Source: the human T2T-CHM13v2.0 reference genome, Homo sapiens
Length of the DNA stretch: 64,000 nucleotides
Direction: 5' to 3'
Assembly: GCA_009914755.4 (NCBI GenBank)
Contig: CP086569.2
Coordinates: 18,272,001-18,336,000 of the forward strand
Positions 1-15,278 of this stretch are shown here, in pieces (position 1 is the first letter of the stretch; each line of letters starts with the position of its first letter). A program made the position numbers and the translations under genes. The notes below the pieces were generated by a model. That model worked only from the letters and a program-made list of their open reading frames with translations. It had not been told where the DNA came from and ran no database searches.

Positions 1-175
1 TTGTGGGGTGGCAGGAGGGGGGAGGGATAGCATTAGGAGATATACCTAATGCTAAATGACGAGTTAATGGGTGCAGCACACCAACATGGCACATGTATAC
101 ATATGTAACAAACCTGCACATTGTGCACATGTACCCTAAAACTTAAAGTATAATAATAATGAAATGAAATAAGAA
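1..175 (+). mobile_element. L1 (L1PA-like) 3' UTR end, 5' part cut by the window edge
   Basis: Matches the canonical L1 3' terminus: ggggagggatagcattaggagatatacctaatgctaaatgacgagttaatgggtgcagcacaccaacatggcacatgtatacatatgtaacaaacctgcacattgtgcacatgtaccctaaaacttaaagtataataataa. An A-rich tail follows to ~255. Confidence 0.85.
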
Positions 176-539
176 TTAAAAAAAGAACCTGGGAAGAAAA
201 AAAAATAAAAATAAAAAATAAATTTACTTTCAAATATCTAAAGACATTTTTAACAAGTTTTATGTAATGGTATATAAAAATAATAATATACCATGACCCA
301 TTTGGGTTTGTCACTGTGCAGCAGAGATTGCTTATTAAAAAGTCTAGAAATGAAATTTATCTCAGTTTTGGATTAGGAGAGAAAATACGATCCTCTAATT
401 GGAAAAAGAAAAGTCATTGATAATATTTAATTGTTATATCTCAAAATACACTGTAAATTGGAAATCAAATGGAACTTACTTAATGGAGTAAAAGAACATA
501 AGAAAGAAAGAGCAAACATTGCCTTAAAAGGAAGCACAT

Positions 540-840
540 TATTATTATTATTATTTACATTTATTTTCAGAGACAGTGTCTTACTTTGCTGCCCAGGCTG
601 GAGGGCAGTGGCAAGAACTTAGCTCACCACCACAGCCTCCAACCTGTGGTCTCAAGCAATCCTTCGACTTTAGCTTCCCCGGTAGCTGGGACTATAGGAA
701 TGCACCACCACACCTGCCTAATTTTTTTATAGAGAGGGAGTCTCATTATGGCTGGTCTTTAACTCCTAGGCTCAAGCAATCCTCCCAACTTGGCTTCCCA
801 AAGTGCTGAGATTAGAGGTATGAGCCTCATCACACCTAGC
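540..840 (-). mobile_element. Alu SINE (full length)
   Basis: Reverse complement of the Alu consensus: a T-rich tail 540-570, then agacagtgtcttactttgctgcccaggctggag ... ggcttcccaaagtgctgagattagaggtatgagcctcatcacacctagc. Confidence 0.9.
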
Positions 841-1477
841 TACATTATCTTTAAAAATGAGATGAGGATACACACATGCCAGATGATATTTTATTCATAT
901 GATGATATTTTGCAAGTTTGGCAAATAGAAACAAATCAGGTAACAGTCAAGCCTATGTTCTAATATGAATCCATAGTATCCCTGATGAATTCTGAGTGAG
1001 AAGAGTGAATCAGTGCAAATACTTTGGAAAACAGTTTAATATGATCTGTAAGGCTGAACATCCCCAGAGCCTGTGGCTAACCACAACACTCTTAGGTGTA
1101 TACCAAATAGAAACTGAAACATATACAGTAGACAATGGAAAAAAATGTAGAATAATGTACATAGCAGCATGGCTTTCAATACAAACTCTAGAGACCATGC
1201 AGGTCTCCTCTGATAATAGCACATGTGTCCTCACATAACAAATTTTCATGTGCCACTCATTATCACACAGCACAGCACTGTGGGAAACAGCAGTGGTTTC
1301 ACTCAGTGAAAATCATGAGGTCAACAAGATGCCAAACTGACACTTACCCTTTTTTTCTTTTGAAAATTAAAGCCAATAAAAATAAACATATGCATGTTTA
1401 AAAATACAGGCCAGTGAAACAAGGCCTCATTTTAGACAACATAAAGGAAGTAAGAATATCCCAAACATAAGATCCAT

Positions 1478-1600
1478 GTTAGTTATGGACTGAAAATTTG
1501 TGTCACTCCCAAAACCCATATGTTGAAGTCCTAATCCCCAAGGTGATGGTACAGATAATTGGAATTTAGGATGATTTGACTTATGATTATGTGAAAGTGA
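1478..1600 (+). mobile_element. MaLR LTR fragment (MLT1-like)
   Basis: Carries the motif aaacccatatgttgaagtcctaatccccaaggtgatggtac that is typical of the 5' part of MLT1-type MaLR LTRs. Confidence 0.45.
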
Positions 1601-1605
1601 AACAT

Positions 1606-1688
1606 GGCCAGGAGTAGTGGCTCACACCTCTAATCAAGCACTTTGGGAGGCTGAGATGGGTGGATCACTTGAGGTCAGGAGGTCACCA
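1606..1688 (+). mobile_element. Alu 5' fragment (left monomer only)
   Basis: ggccaggagtagtggctcacacctctaatcaagcactttgggaggctgagatgggtggatcacttgaggtcaggag, then an abrupt junction into L1 sequence. Confidence 0.8.
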
Positions 1689-1690
1689 CC

Positions 1691-2232
1691 AGATGTGCCT
1701 TTCAAGAGCTCCTGAAAGCAGCACTAAATACGGAAAGGAAAAACTGGTACCACAAACTGCAAAAACAAACCAAAATGCAAAGACCATCAACACTATGAAG
1801 GAACTGCATCAACTATGGGCAAAATAACCAGCTTGCATCATAATGACAGGATCAAATTCACACATAACAATATTAGCCTTAAATTTAAACAGGCTAAATG
1901 CCCCAATTCAAAGGCACAGACTGGCAAATTGGATAGAGTCAAGACCCATCAGTGTTCTGTATTCAGGAGACCCATCTCATGTGCAAAGACACACATAGGC
2001 TCAAAATAAAGGGATGGAGGAAGACTTATCAAGCAAATGGAAAGGAAAGAAAAGCAAGGGTTGCAATCCTAGTCTCTAATAAAACAGACTTTAAACCAAA
2101 AAGATCAAAAGAGACAAACAAGGGCATTATATAATGGTAAAGAGATCAAGGCAACAAGAAAAGCTAACTATACTAAATATATATTCAGCCAATACAGTAG
2201 CACCCAGATTCATAAAGCAAGTTCTTAGAGGC
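1691..2232 (+). mobile_element. L1 internal fragment (ORF1 end, inter-ORF spacer, ORF2 endonuclease N-terminus)
   Basis: Matches the L1 ORF1/ORF2 junction: accagcttgcatcataatgacaggatcaaattcacacataacaatattagccttaaatttaaacaggctaaatgccccaattcaaaggcacagactggcaaattggatagagtcaagacccatcagtgttctgtattcaggagacccatctcatgtgcaaagacacacataggctcaaaataaagggatggagg. Track ORFs 1815-2009 and 1952-2134 are degenerate endonuclease-domain reading frames. Confidence 0.85.
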
Positions 2233-2325
2233 CTATAATTGCACTTTTTATTTATAATATTTTCAACTTATGATGGGTTTATTTGGCTGTAACCTCACTG
2301 TTATTCATGGAGCATCTATATTAGA

Positions 2326-2331
<6 letters not shown>

Positions 2332-2377
<46 letters not shown>

Positions 2378-2384
2378 AAGAGGT
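2332..2384. repeat. (GT)n microsatellite ending in (GC)n
   Basis: Uninterrupted gtgtgt... of ~20 units followed by gcgcgcgc. Confidence 0.95.
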
Positions 2385-2507
2385 CAAAAACTTCTCTGGC
2401 CAGACAGAATAAACAAAGGGAAGGGAAATTAAAGGCAGAAATAGAGAATAGGGTATTACTTTCCTAAAAACTATTTTCTGGGAACTATATCATAAATACC
2501 TTTTTAT

Positions 2508-2792
2508 CTTTTTTTTTTTTTTTAACTTCTTGAGACAAGCCCCCACTCTGTCATCCACGTTGGAGTGCAGTGGCACAATCACAGCTCACTGTAGTCTCCA
2601 ACTCCTTGGCTCAAGTGACTACCACACCTGGCTTGCTTATTAACTTATTTATTTATTTATTTATTTATTTCTGTAGAAATGATGTCTTGCTTTGTTGTCC
2701 AGGCTGGTCTTGAACTCCTGGGCTCAAGTGATTCTTCCACCTCAGCCTCTCAAAGTGCTAGGATTATAGGCATGAGCTACCACACCTGACCC
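2508..2792 (-). mobile_element. Alu SINE carrying an internal (TTTA)n tract
   Basis: Poly-T 2508-2523; gagacaagcccccactctgtcatccacgttggagtgcagtggcacaatcacagctcactg ... ctcaaagtgctaggattataggcatgagctaccacacctgacc; ttatttatttatttatttatttattt in the linker at 2640-2672. Confidence 0.9.
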
Positions 2793-3375
2793 ATGTAAAA
2801 AAATTGTTAATGTAGCAATTCATTTATGTGCTGCGAACAGCAATGACATATGTTTGTATTTCAGGAATAAGGAAAGTTTTCTGGGGGAAGTCTAATGCTT
2901 TTTGTCAACTAAAGAAACATAAAGGAGAATTTTCAATTCTTAGTTCTAACACACATAATGCTTCTCAAACCCTGTATAGGGTGCCAATGCTTTTGGTACC
3001 TATCCACATTGTCTCCATTGTTCATTCTCCCAGAATAAACTTCTTCACAAAGCTTTCCTAGCAACCTGCTATGTCTGGTTTATGTTGTCACATGGATGAA
3101 CAGAATTTGATGCATCATAATATCTGAGTCATGCACACTCATTACTGGCCTTTTGATGGTGCATTTAGTTGAGCTTTGTTTAGTTACTTAATTTGGTATT
3201 GCATACAATGGAGTAAGCATCTGCAAACCACCACACAGACAAAAGTCAGTATCATGACAATACATTACTTTATTCAATGATTTCCTCAACTAACCCATAT
3301 TTTCATTCTAAGTTAATCATCATGATTGTCTTAATTCATTTGAGTTGCTATAATAAAATATTGTGGACTTGGGTG

Positions 3376-3565
3376 CTGATATTGTTTGGCTCTCTGTCCC
3401 ACCCAAATCTTATCTTGAATTGTAATCCCTACATATCAAGGGAGGGACCTGGTGGGAGGTGATTGGATCATAAGGCTGGTTTTCCCCATGCTGTTTTCCT
3501 GATAGTGAGTGAGCTTTTATGAGATCTGAGGGTTTTATAAGGGGCTCTTCCCTTTTAGCTCTCTA
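3376..3565 (+). mobile_element. MaLR LTR fragment (THE1/MST-like), 3'-truncated
   Basis: tgatattgtttggctctctgtcccacccaaatcttatcttgaattgtaatccctacatatcaagggagggacctggtgggaggtgattggatcataagg... matches the THE1/MST LTR 5' region. Confidence 0.6.
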
Positions 3566-3934
3566 ACACACATACAGCAGCACATAGAAGATAAATACAA
3601 TTCATTTGGGCTGAATAGTAAGTCTCTTGTTTTTACTTCTATGCACATTCATGAGAAAGCTGTTTTCACAAAATTAGGTAAAGTCTACTCAATTATGTAT
3701 ATATTTGCATGTCTATATTAGTCTTCCCCCAAATAAAAAATATATAGACTTTTTTTTCTAAATCCTTTTCCAGTTCATCTGAAACCACATTTGGCTAACA
3801 TTATAACTAGAGGATTGGTGAATATTTTCTGGAAGATATGTATTTCTACATGTTTCTTTTTTACATAGACAAAGAAAATTTCATATATTTACAATGGACA
3901 GCATGGTGGTTTGAAGTAGATATACAATGCGGAA

Positions 3935-4290
3935 TAACTGAATTTAGCTCATTAACAAATGTACTACTTCACATAGTTATGATTTTTGTGGAGAAAATTT
4001 CACATCCACCCTTTTAGCATTTTTCAAGAATACAACATACTATTACATGTAGCCACCACGTGGTGCGATGGATCTCTTGAACTCATTCCTCCTGTTTAAC
4101 TGAAATTTTGTATCCTTTGGCCAACATCTCTCCAACACCCACTGCCCTCATTAACCACCATTCTACCTCTACTTCCATGAAATAAACATTTTTAGACTCT
4201 ACCTATGAATAAGACCATATGCCATTTGTTTTTCTGTTCTTGGCTTAAAATAATAGTTGCCTTAGGCTTACAAACTAAGCAACAACAATG
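3935..4290 (-). mobile_element. Old L1 (L1M/L1PB-like) 3'-region fragment
   Basis: RC-oriented match to old L1 3' ends: gaactcattcctcctgtttaactgaaattttgtatcctttggccaacatctctccaacacccactgccctcattaaccaccattctacctctacttccatgaaataaacatttttagactctacctatgaataagaccatatgccatttg. Confidence 0.5.
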
Positions 4291-5264
4291 TGAATTCTGT
4301 GTTTCCACATGTTTATTTTTGTATAAATTAAGTTAATCCCAAATGCTGAGATGATTTAATTTAAGTTAAAGTATATGAAGAAATTAGAAATCCCTTTAGT
4401 CAATATAGGTCACTGAAAGTTATTGGGATTATGGCATGTTTGTGTGTTTGTGTGTGAGTTTGTGTGCACAAGAGGCCAAGAGCTTCTCAAGTCAGAGCTC
4501 TTCTACCTATTTTTCTAATGAAAAGAACTAGTACTATTTCCAAACAACTCATATATTGAGTAAACATGGATATCTTAATATGTGGCAGTTTGAGATAAAT
4601 GAAAATATGAATCACATATATGGTCAATAAAAGCTGGTCATACATAGTTTGTTTTTGTTTTTTTAATAATCTACGTAAGTGTCTTTGTACCAAATCTTAC
4701 CTCAAGGAACACACTTTTTCTTCATGCCTCAGCTTGAACTGAGAGTTAGTTAATCTGCGCACTCTCAAATACATTGGCTTCAAGAGATAAAAAAATCATT
4801 TTAAATAGAAAATTCAGATTAGGACACTGAATATTGAAGAGGCTATTGTTGACTCCTAATACAGAAGACCAAGGCCATGCCTTCTCCTCCTTCTCTAATT
4901 CCTACCCAGCAGACCCAAGCACACAATGTCATCTGGCTGAAGGTAGAAAATTTATCATTTGCCTTCTGGAAAAGTTTTTCCCAATGTAGTGTTCACTACA
5001 CCATTTGGGGAGTTTGCTAAAATAAAGATCCTTGCATACTACAACAAGAGAATTAATTCTTTGATGGTGGGTGAGAAATGCTCCTAAAACAATCTAGTAC
5101 TTAAAAGCACTCCAGGTGAACCTCATTCAGATAAAATACATGAAGACACCCCATGCTCACAACAGAGGCTTCAGAGCTTTCAAATGCTTATACACCAAGT
5201 GATTTCAACAAGTGTATCTCATTATCCATTGACCTTGACTAATGTCTTAGAGAGTTTTGCGTTT

Positions 5265-5650
5265 CTGTAAAATGATATCTCAGTCTGGGTAATTGATGAT
5301 AAAAAAATTTATTTAGCTCATGATACTAGTTGCTGGAAGATTGGGCACCTTGTAATGGCCTAAGACTTCTTCTGTTCATAGCAGAATGGGAGATGGTTTG
5401 TGCAGAAATCACATGGTGAGAAAGTAAGCAAGAGAGACAGCAAGTGAGCTGCCCAGCTCTTCTAAAGAACCAGCTCTTGCAGGAACTAATAGAACTCACC
5501 CATTACTGCAAGGATGGCATGAAGACATTCAAGAGGAATTCACTCCCAGGATCCAAACACCTCCAGTTAGGCTCCACCTCCAACATTGGGGATCCAATTT
5601 CAACATGAGGTTTGGGAAGATAAACATCCAAACTACAGCAATCAACCTTC
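5265..5650 (-). mobile_element. MaLR LTR (MST/MLT-like)
   Basis: Right end ...gggatccaatttcaacatgaggtttgggaagataaacatccaaactacagca is the reverse complement of the MaLR LTR 5' terminus. Left end is tctcagtctgggtaattgatgataaaaaaatttatttagctcatg. Confidence 0.55.
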
Positions 5651-7727
5651 CAGAGTGGGTAGGAAGAATGGAAATGTCGAGATTGATGGGGACAACTAAT
5701 AAAATAAAGGGGTAATGTAAATGGATTCACAGGTTGGGTGGTTCTTGATCCAAGAAAAGTCTTACCTTATTTTCCCCTATGATTAGGACTAATATTGGAA
5801 AGTGCATGGTATGGAACTAGTACTCAGTGATCTGTAAAAACCTGTGCATTATCCAAGACAGAGATAAATTTTCCAGTAATTAGAAAGTCTTCTCTCATGA
5901 GCACACTTCCCCCTCAGGGGAGGTTCCTTAGGGATGCAAGTTTTGGCATGCCTTATTAGGCTAAAGTATGCCTAAATTAGGTGACCTAATTTAGGTCACC
6001 ACCATTCCAACTGATGCATATATGTGATCTAAGGTTTTGAACAGAGGTATCATCAGGGATTGTGCATTTCTTTTCTATGAAGTGACATTTCATAAGGTCT
6101 GAGGTCATTATTTTGCAATTAACTAATGCCTATTAATGCCTATGCAAGCATTTTAATTTTTACTTTGTGGTGTATGCCATTCTCTTTGGCAGACACTGAG
6201 AGAGAACAGATTTTTAAATGCTGTTTATGGTCCGATGTGCATGTGATCATTTGCATAGGCAATAATTAGCTAGTACAGAATTCTCTTGGTTTGGAGCTGC
6301 CAGGTTTTATTGTTTCTAAGTTCCACTTTTGTATAAAAATGAATGACAGCTATGCCTTTTACGGTGTAACTCCCAGGAAACACACACACCCACACACACA
6401 CTCTCTTTGACAGACAAAAATAGAAATTAAGAAACAATGTGAAAGACTAAGCATTCATCTGAAAAAAAAATGTGAGATTCTGAGATATCTCTAGAAAATA
6501 TAAAGATAGCAACTGATCCTCCATTGCCAGTCATGAGGGAAATTAATGTAATGGACTCAATAAATATAATATCACATAAACACTCCCATCCCCTACACAA
6601 CTTGGTGTTTTGTCTTTGATTCTTAAACAACAAATACAATATCATTGAAATTACTTGATGAATGAATTAGCTTATTTTAAGTTGTTACTAAGTTCTTACT
6701 GTCTTTTTAAAATGAGAGCATAGTATCTTATATATAATTTATATGGAATTTATTTTCTTAGGTATCCATTAGGTTCAGAGCATAATTGAATGGATGGTCC
6801 AGAGAGATCTCATGTTCCTTCCTTCACACATGCACTGCCTCTCCCATTATCAACATCTCCCACCAGAGTGGCACATTTGGTGCAGTTGATGAAACTATGT
6901 TGACACATCATTTTCACTCAATGTCCATAGTTTACTTGAGGGTTCATCTTTGGTGTTGTACAAAATGTGGGTTTGGACCAATGTATAGTGACATGGATCC
7001 ACCATTGCAGTGTCATATTTGTAGGGCCATGTAATTACAGTGTGATTATACTCTTAAGGACTTTACAGCACTTTTGTTTATGGGGATTTATTTTTCAGTT
7101 GAATTCCTACTGCTTCCAAACACAAATTATATTTGTCTTATATTCTATCTGCAGAAGTCTCCCGGCTGCATATCAAAAGCTCCCCAAACTGTGCTCTTCA
7201 TCTTCATTTTGTTTTTTTAAGCTAGAAAACAGCATCACCCCCTTCAGAATCATCTAACAATGGAGATATCTGCCCAAGAATACTTTTTGTGTCAAACACC
7301 AAATAAAAAATGTAGCAGTTTACTCTGATGCAGTGATAATGTATTAAGGGGTAGAATTATGAAAATAAAATTTGCTATAGGAGAAAATGATGCTTCCACT
7401 CTTAAGGCAAAATTTTGACCCAATTAGGCAAATTAAAAGCACCATTCATGTCTCAATTAATTCTCAATCTTAGCAGCGGGCTTCTTGGTTTTCACAACTT
7501 AACAATTGCTTAGGTTAAAATAATGTAAACCCTATCAAACAAGAGTCTCTGGAATATACAGAATTACTAAATGCTAGGCACTACTTTTTTCATAAATGAA
7601 CAATTTTCATTGATAATTTATAGAAAACTCCCTTGAAGTGGTAGAATTTTGAACATGTTCAGAAGATAGAAGGGTACAGATGCTGCCTGCTTTAAAATTG
7701 TCAAAATAATCAATATTAAGAACCTCA

Positions 7728-7830
7728 AGGGCCTAGTTCACATCTGTAATCCCAACACTTTGGGAGACCGACTGGAAGGATCATTTGAACCCAGGAGTTG
7801 AAGACCAGCCTGGTCAACAGAGGGAGACCC
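7728..7830 (+). mobile_element. Alu-like monomer fragment (FLAM-like)
   Basis: gcctagttcacatctgtaatcccaacactttgggagaccgactggaaggatcatttgaacccaggagttgaagaccagcctggtcaacagagggagacc. Confidence 0.7.
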
Positions 7831-7840
7831 CCCACCTCTG

Positions 7841-7905
7841 CACACACACACAAACACACACGCACTCACACACACACACACTCTGTCTGTCTCTCTCTCT
7901 CTGCC
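7841..7905. repeat. (CA)n then (CT)n compound microsatellite
   Basis: cacacacacaaacacacacgcactcacacacacacacactctgtctgtctctctctctctg. Confidence 0.9.
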
Positions 7906-8941
7906 CCCTTAAAACATAGACTATTAATGTAAATTTCCTCATGCCTCTTAAGTCAGCTACATATCAAAATTGTGTGGATAATAGCAAGAAAGGGAGATTG
8001 GCAATGTAACATTTAAAAAATGTTAAATGTCTGAATTGCACATTAAATGTCTACAGGCACATCTTATCATATACCTATTTCTATTTGTGATTGAATAGGA
8101 CTTTGGATAGGAAGAAAATCAATTAGTAATTCTAAGCAGAAAATGAGGTTTGATTTACAACATGAACATCAATTCTTGGCACAGCCTGCAACTCTTAATG
8201 TTTATTTAAATTGAAATTGATCTGCCTTTCTTAAAGACTGTAATTTGAAACACATTACAACCAATTATCCTGGAATGAAATTATTTAAAATGTACCCAGG
8301 ACAAACTACATTTGTTAATAAGTACCCAGTTCATTTGCTGATGTAGACAATAACAATTTTTGAAGGTGTTTGTAGAATTAACAATACATATTTAACAGAA
8401 TTCTATTGGATTTATGGTGAAAGCAGATACTGTAGTGCCTCCTTTGTGGCATTTTTGCTTTAAATTATTAAGGAGACTTAAATTGTTGCAGATCAATGTT
8501 GCCAGATACAAAAATAAGACTTGATTAGATACCAAGAAATAATCTTGAAAATGTATTGGAGACAGAGCAAGGATTTACTGGACACTCTTCCAGGCACAAG
8601 TACTTCTGAACATTAACTAATATTTCTGGGTCTTAGGCTTCCATGTCTTTCAGAATGAAACTGTTGACCCTCTCAAATGAAGAGTCATTATCTGCAGTGG
8701 TTCTGCTGTCACCTTGATTTGAGTTTGAAAATGCAGGCTGCCATTGCAAGTCCATGCCTCAATATGTCCTGAAGAGAGAATGCATTGGTCCTATCAAGGA
8801 AAATAGGTGCCTAGGAGGAAATCAACATGGTGGGAAAAAGTTTCAAAAGACTTGTGTCATGAGGGCTTCTTATTCAGTAAAGCTCCATTGTCCCTGGTCC
8901 AGCAGAATTCAATTTCCAGAAAATAGAGAGAATGGATTTCA

Positions 8942-9226
8942 TTTTCTTCATTTTTTTTTATTTTATACTTTTATGTTAGATTCAGAGAACATATGTGTAA
9001 TTTTGTAACCTAGGTATATCACGTAATGCTGAGGTTTGGCATACAGTTGATCCCATGACACAGGTACTGAGCATAGTACCCAACAGTTAGTAGCCTCTAG
9101 TAGACCCAGTGTCTACTTTTCCCATCTTTATGTCCAAGAGTATACAATGTTTAGCTGCCACTTATAAGTGAGAACATGTTATAATTGGTTTTCTGTCTTA
9201 ATTTGCTGCTTAGGATAATGGTTTCC
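8942..9226 (-). mobile_element. Older L1 (L1PB/L1MA-like) 3' end
   Basis: Poly-T, then ttatacttttatgttagattcagagaacatatgtgtaattttgtaacctaggtatatcacgtaatgctgaggtttggcatacagttgatcccatgacacaggtactgagcatagtacccaacag ... cacttataagtgagaacatgttataattggttttctgtcttaatttgctgcttaggataatggtttccagctc, the reverse complement of an older L1 3' end and ORF2 terminus. Confidence 0.7.
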
Positions 9227-9285
9227 AGCTCACAGTGGCTCATTCCTGTAATCCCAGGACTTTGGGAGGCTGAGGACAAGATTTT
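9227..9285 (+). mobile_element. Short Alu fragment
   Basis: cacagtggctcattcctgtaatcccaggactttgggaggctgaggacaagattttgaacc. Confidence 0.6.
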
Positions 9286-9559
9286 GAACCCATTGTCCAC
9301 CTTGGAAATCATTTTGAAAATAAAAGACTAGCCATGGTTTCTTCTGCCTTTCATCTTCCTTAACCCATTCTTGATACCTAGTTTTTCTCTATTTATATAT
9401 GATTAGCAGTGTGTGCATGTATATGCCTGTGGGTTTTGTTTTCACCTATTCCTCCAAGACCCTCTAAAATAAATTAGTGAGTTATTTTCTTTTTTCTTTT
9501 TTTTTTTTTTTTGAGGTTTCAGGGCATCTTTGGTGCCACAGTAGCTCAAGAAGAGCCTT

Positions 9560-12025
<2,466 letters not shown>

Positions 12026-13796
12026 ATTCATCGCACAAATTTGAGAGACTCAGCTCTATGAATAGGAATCAGAATTTACTCAGGGAAGACAAAAAAAAAA
12101 AGGATCTATGCCAAGAGATTTCTGGGACCAAGTTTTCTGCTTTCTAAACAACATTAATATTTTCAGCAAATATGATTTGGATTTAAAGTGGTCCTTCAGT
12201 CATAAAAAATGAAATCTATGAACTACTTTGGACACAGCTTGGATAAACTTGATTTCCTGAAAAATTTTACCATCTGTCAAGAAGCTGTCAACATTGACCT
12301 GAATTATTCATTTTCATTCAGTTACAGAGTAGTTTTTACACAGAAGTCTTTGAGATTGTTTCTGATTTACCCAGAATTGTGGGACAAATCCTCTCAGATC
12401 CCTTACTACAGCCCTGATAAGTAGCCATAAAAGGAATATGCTCCATTAGATCTGAAGCTCAGAAAAGTCTGATGCCACATATATCTAAGGCTGTCTATGC
12501 TACCTTGTACCACATCTGAGGTGTCTGCCCAACAAGCATCCACATAGTTTCCCAAAATGGTTTTATTTCAAAAAAGATGATTATACAGTTCTGCATATAT
12601 TGAAAAGAGTCATCAATATCAGGGTCCTCCATGGAAAAGAGATACTTTGTTAACTGAATAGAGATGAACAGCACAACTCAGTGCTGTGGCTTTTTGACAG
12701 ATGACAAAATGTACCAGAAAACCAAGTCTAACATGTTAAACAACATTGATATTTGTGAAATAAACTATCTTTATCTAAAATTCTATTAAGGAGGCAAAGA
12801 AACATGAATGAGGAAAGTCATAGAAATAATCTATATGGCATCAAAGCATTATGAAAAATGAATGTGTGGGATGATACAGCCACAGAGAGTTGGGTCGATC
12901 TGGCAGTGTGTTCTGTTAGAAATATGTGGGAGAGGATATTGCATTACAGTCTTTCTAGGCAGTAACACTTGATGTAAACCCATGATAGTATCTTCCTGTC
13001 ATGGGTTGTTTTCCCTGTCATAAAACCTGACAGGGTGTGTGTTTATGTGTATGATCTGCCATTCTGTTTGGGTAAAGACCTATTCCTTCACACCAATTCA
13101 ACTGTGGCAGTCATTGTCTAATAAATGCATTAGGAAAAAAAATCCTCACCATGCCTCATGAATTTAGATGCTCTGAGAAGCACATAATGCTCAAAAGATG
13201 TAATCTTCTTGAGGGCACCCAGAGATTTCAGGAAACACAAGAAATAGCAAATTAGGTTGCAGCAGGAAAATTAAGGAATCAGAGAGACTGAGGGGTCGAG
13301 GAGGAATTATTTAATTATTTAGGTGCACTGACCCAGTCAGATTCACATTCAAAGGACTGAGACCCAAACAAAGAGTCAAGATACCTTTTAAGCATTTCTT
13401 GGGGCAGGGGGAGAGCTGTGCAGGGAGAAGCATATTACAGAAGTGAGAAACAAAGGCAGTTATTCAGTTAAGACATTTATTACATTATTTCTTACTTTTC
13501 AAGGAACAGCATGTTTTATGACTTGAGATTATCTGTTTAGTAACCTTGCAGCTGCACAGCTAGAGAAACAGTCTTCACAATGCCTGGGAAAGGGACAGAT
13601 AAGGCTCACTAGCCACAGAAAAACAAGCAGTTAATTTTTAAAGGACTTCAGCTCTTCCTCTTCCTCAGGGGGAATTGGTTTTTCTTACATACAACTGAGT
13701 TTTTGCTTACACAGTTTTAAATTTCTTTTAATTCCTGTTCCAGGGTGACAGCTTAATTCCCATGAGTTGAAAGATTTATTTAAGTTATTTTGTTGA

Positions 13797-13840
13797 TGTC
13801 ACAAAAGTCATTGCGGTTTTTGCCATTACTTTCAATATAA
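13797..13840 (+). mobile_element. Possible mariner (MADE1/Hsmar1-like) terminal fragment
   Basis: cacaaaagtcattgcggtttttgccattactttcaat resembles the Hsmar1/MADE1 terminal-inverted-repeat region (ttaggttggtgcaaaagtaattgcggtttttgccattac). Confidence 0.4.
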
Positions 13841-14329
13841 TGTATATATGCTTATGCGTACTCTAATATGTAAATGTCCACATACTTATATATACTTATG
13901 TGTATAGCAATGACTGATATAAAATGTACACCTACTTACAGGTATAACAATGACTGTATTTAGTATGAGGATTTCTCAGGAAGACCACACATATAGGAAA
14001 TAGGAAACAGGTAGAAAGAACCCAGACCTCGGAGGAGTCACCAGAATGCAGGGCACTATAGGAAGTTCTGTTAAGTGTGAAGAAGCAAGGCACTGCAAAC
14101 AGAAAAAGGGAAAAAAAGAGAGGGCAGATTAGTAGGTATGAAAGCCTGGGCTATTACAAGAAAAGAATATGGACTTATGGATACTGGATCAAACTCATTC
14201 ACTTCTATGAGTGAATTAGATTAACAATGTTGGGTTTTGTTGACTACAGGTGAGAACAGAGAATATGCAAATTTTTCTTCAAAACTGGACACCTGTGGAC
14301 CCAAAGAAGAGAACAAACAAGCACTGGGA

Positions 14330-14475
14330 TCAGTTTAGGGTAGAGGGAGGAGAATGAGGAACAAAAAGCTTATTGGGTTGTGCTTATTTAGGTGGTGAAA
14401 TAACTCATACACCAAACCCCATGACATGCAATTTACCTTTGTAACAAACCTAACAAAAGGGTTTAAAAAAAAATG
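14330..14475 (+). mobile_element. Old L1 3'-end fragment with a short A tail
   Basis: gggtagagggaggagaatgaggaac...ttaggtggtgaaataactcatacaccaaaccccatgacatgcaatttacctttgtaacaaacctaacaaaagggtttaaaaaaaaa parallels the L1 3' terminus. Confidence 0.5.
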
Positions 14476-14898
14476 AAGAGTCTGAAGGCTAACATCTATA
14501 CCCAGTAGATGGAAAATGGTATAAAATGGAAAATAGTATAAAATCTTCCAACAGCTAAATGCAATACCACACCAGAAAGTCTAAATAAGAATTCTATCAC
14601 ACAGATAAGAGAATCTCAACTAAGTGATGAACACATACATAACATCAACAACTAAGCATTACTGATGAATTCAAGAGCCATAAATCAAATGGATGAGTGT
14701 GTCTTCAAAATCAATGAACATTTGAAAATAATGCCTACTTTATTATATAAATTATACATTTGGTAATCCAAAGACTCCATCTAAGTGAAGAGGTGATCAA
14801 GGAAACAGAAAAAGATATTTAATTAAGTATATTTAACATATTCAAATATATAAATAAGAGTACTGGGTCTTTATAACAACAGTCGATGATCATAGAAA

Positions 14899-14926
14899 GC
14901 CTGAGCAACAGAGCGAGACTCCATCT

Positions 14927-14961
<35 letters not shown>
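14899..14961 (+). mobile_element. Alu 3'-terminal fragment with (A)34 tail
   Basis: cctgagcaacagagcgagactccatctc followed by 34 A. Only the last ~30 nt of the Alu body is present. Confidence 0.8.
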
Positions 14962-14963
<2 letters not shown>

Positions 14964-15278
14964 TCCTGGCCCCTGTTTTTGACTTTCTTTTCTTCAACAT
15001 CAGGGTCACTTGGGAGATAATTAAAAGCTTAACCCCACCAAGAGCTATAGTAATAGGAACTGTGGTGAAGACACTTAAGTCTAACCTATTAAAATGCATT
15101 GCTATCCATTCTGTTATATGCAATATTGCCCTGTATAATTCAAGGAAAGTAAGGCGGATTATTCACCGTAGCCCTAATTTTTCCTGCATGAGTGAATAGA
15201 CATGCACACACAGAAACATACACACATTCATTCACATGCATATGCACGCGCTCAGTAATGTTTGAAAAGTATTGCTGT

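Noticed and set aside
1606-2232. Alu 5' fragment fused directly to an L1 ORF1/ORF2-junction fragment, as a chimeric retrotransposition product
   Set aside because: This is more simply explained by an L1 fragment inserting into or beside an older Alu, with later truncation. There is no poly-A or TSD evidence for a single chimeric event.
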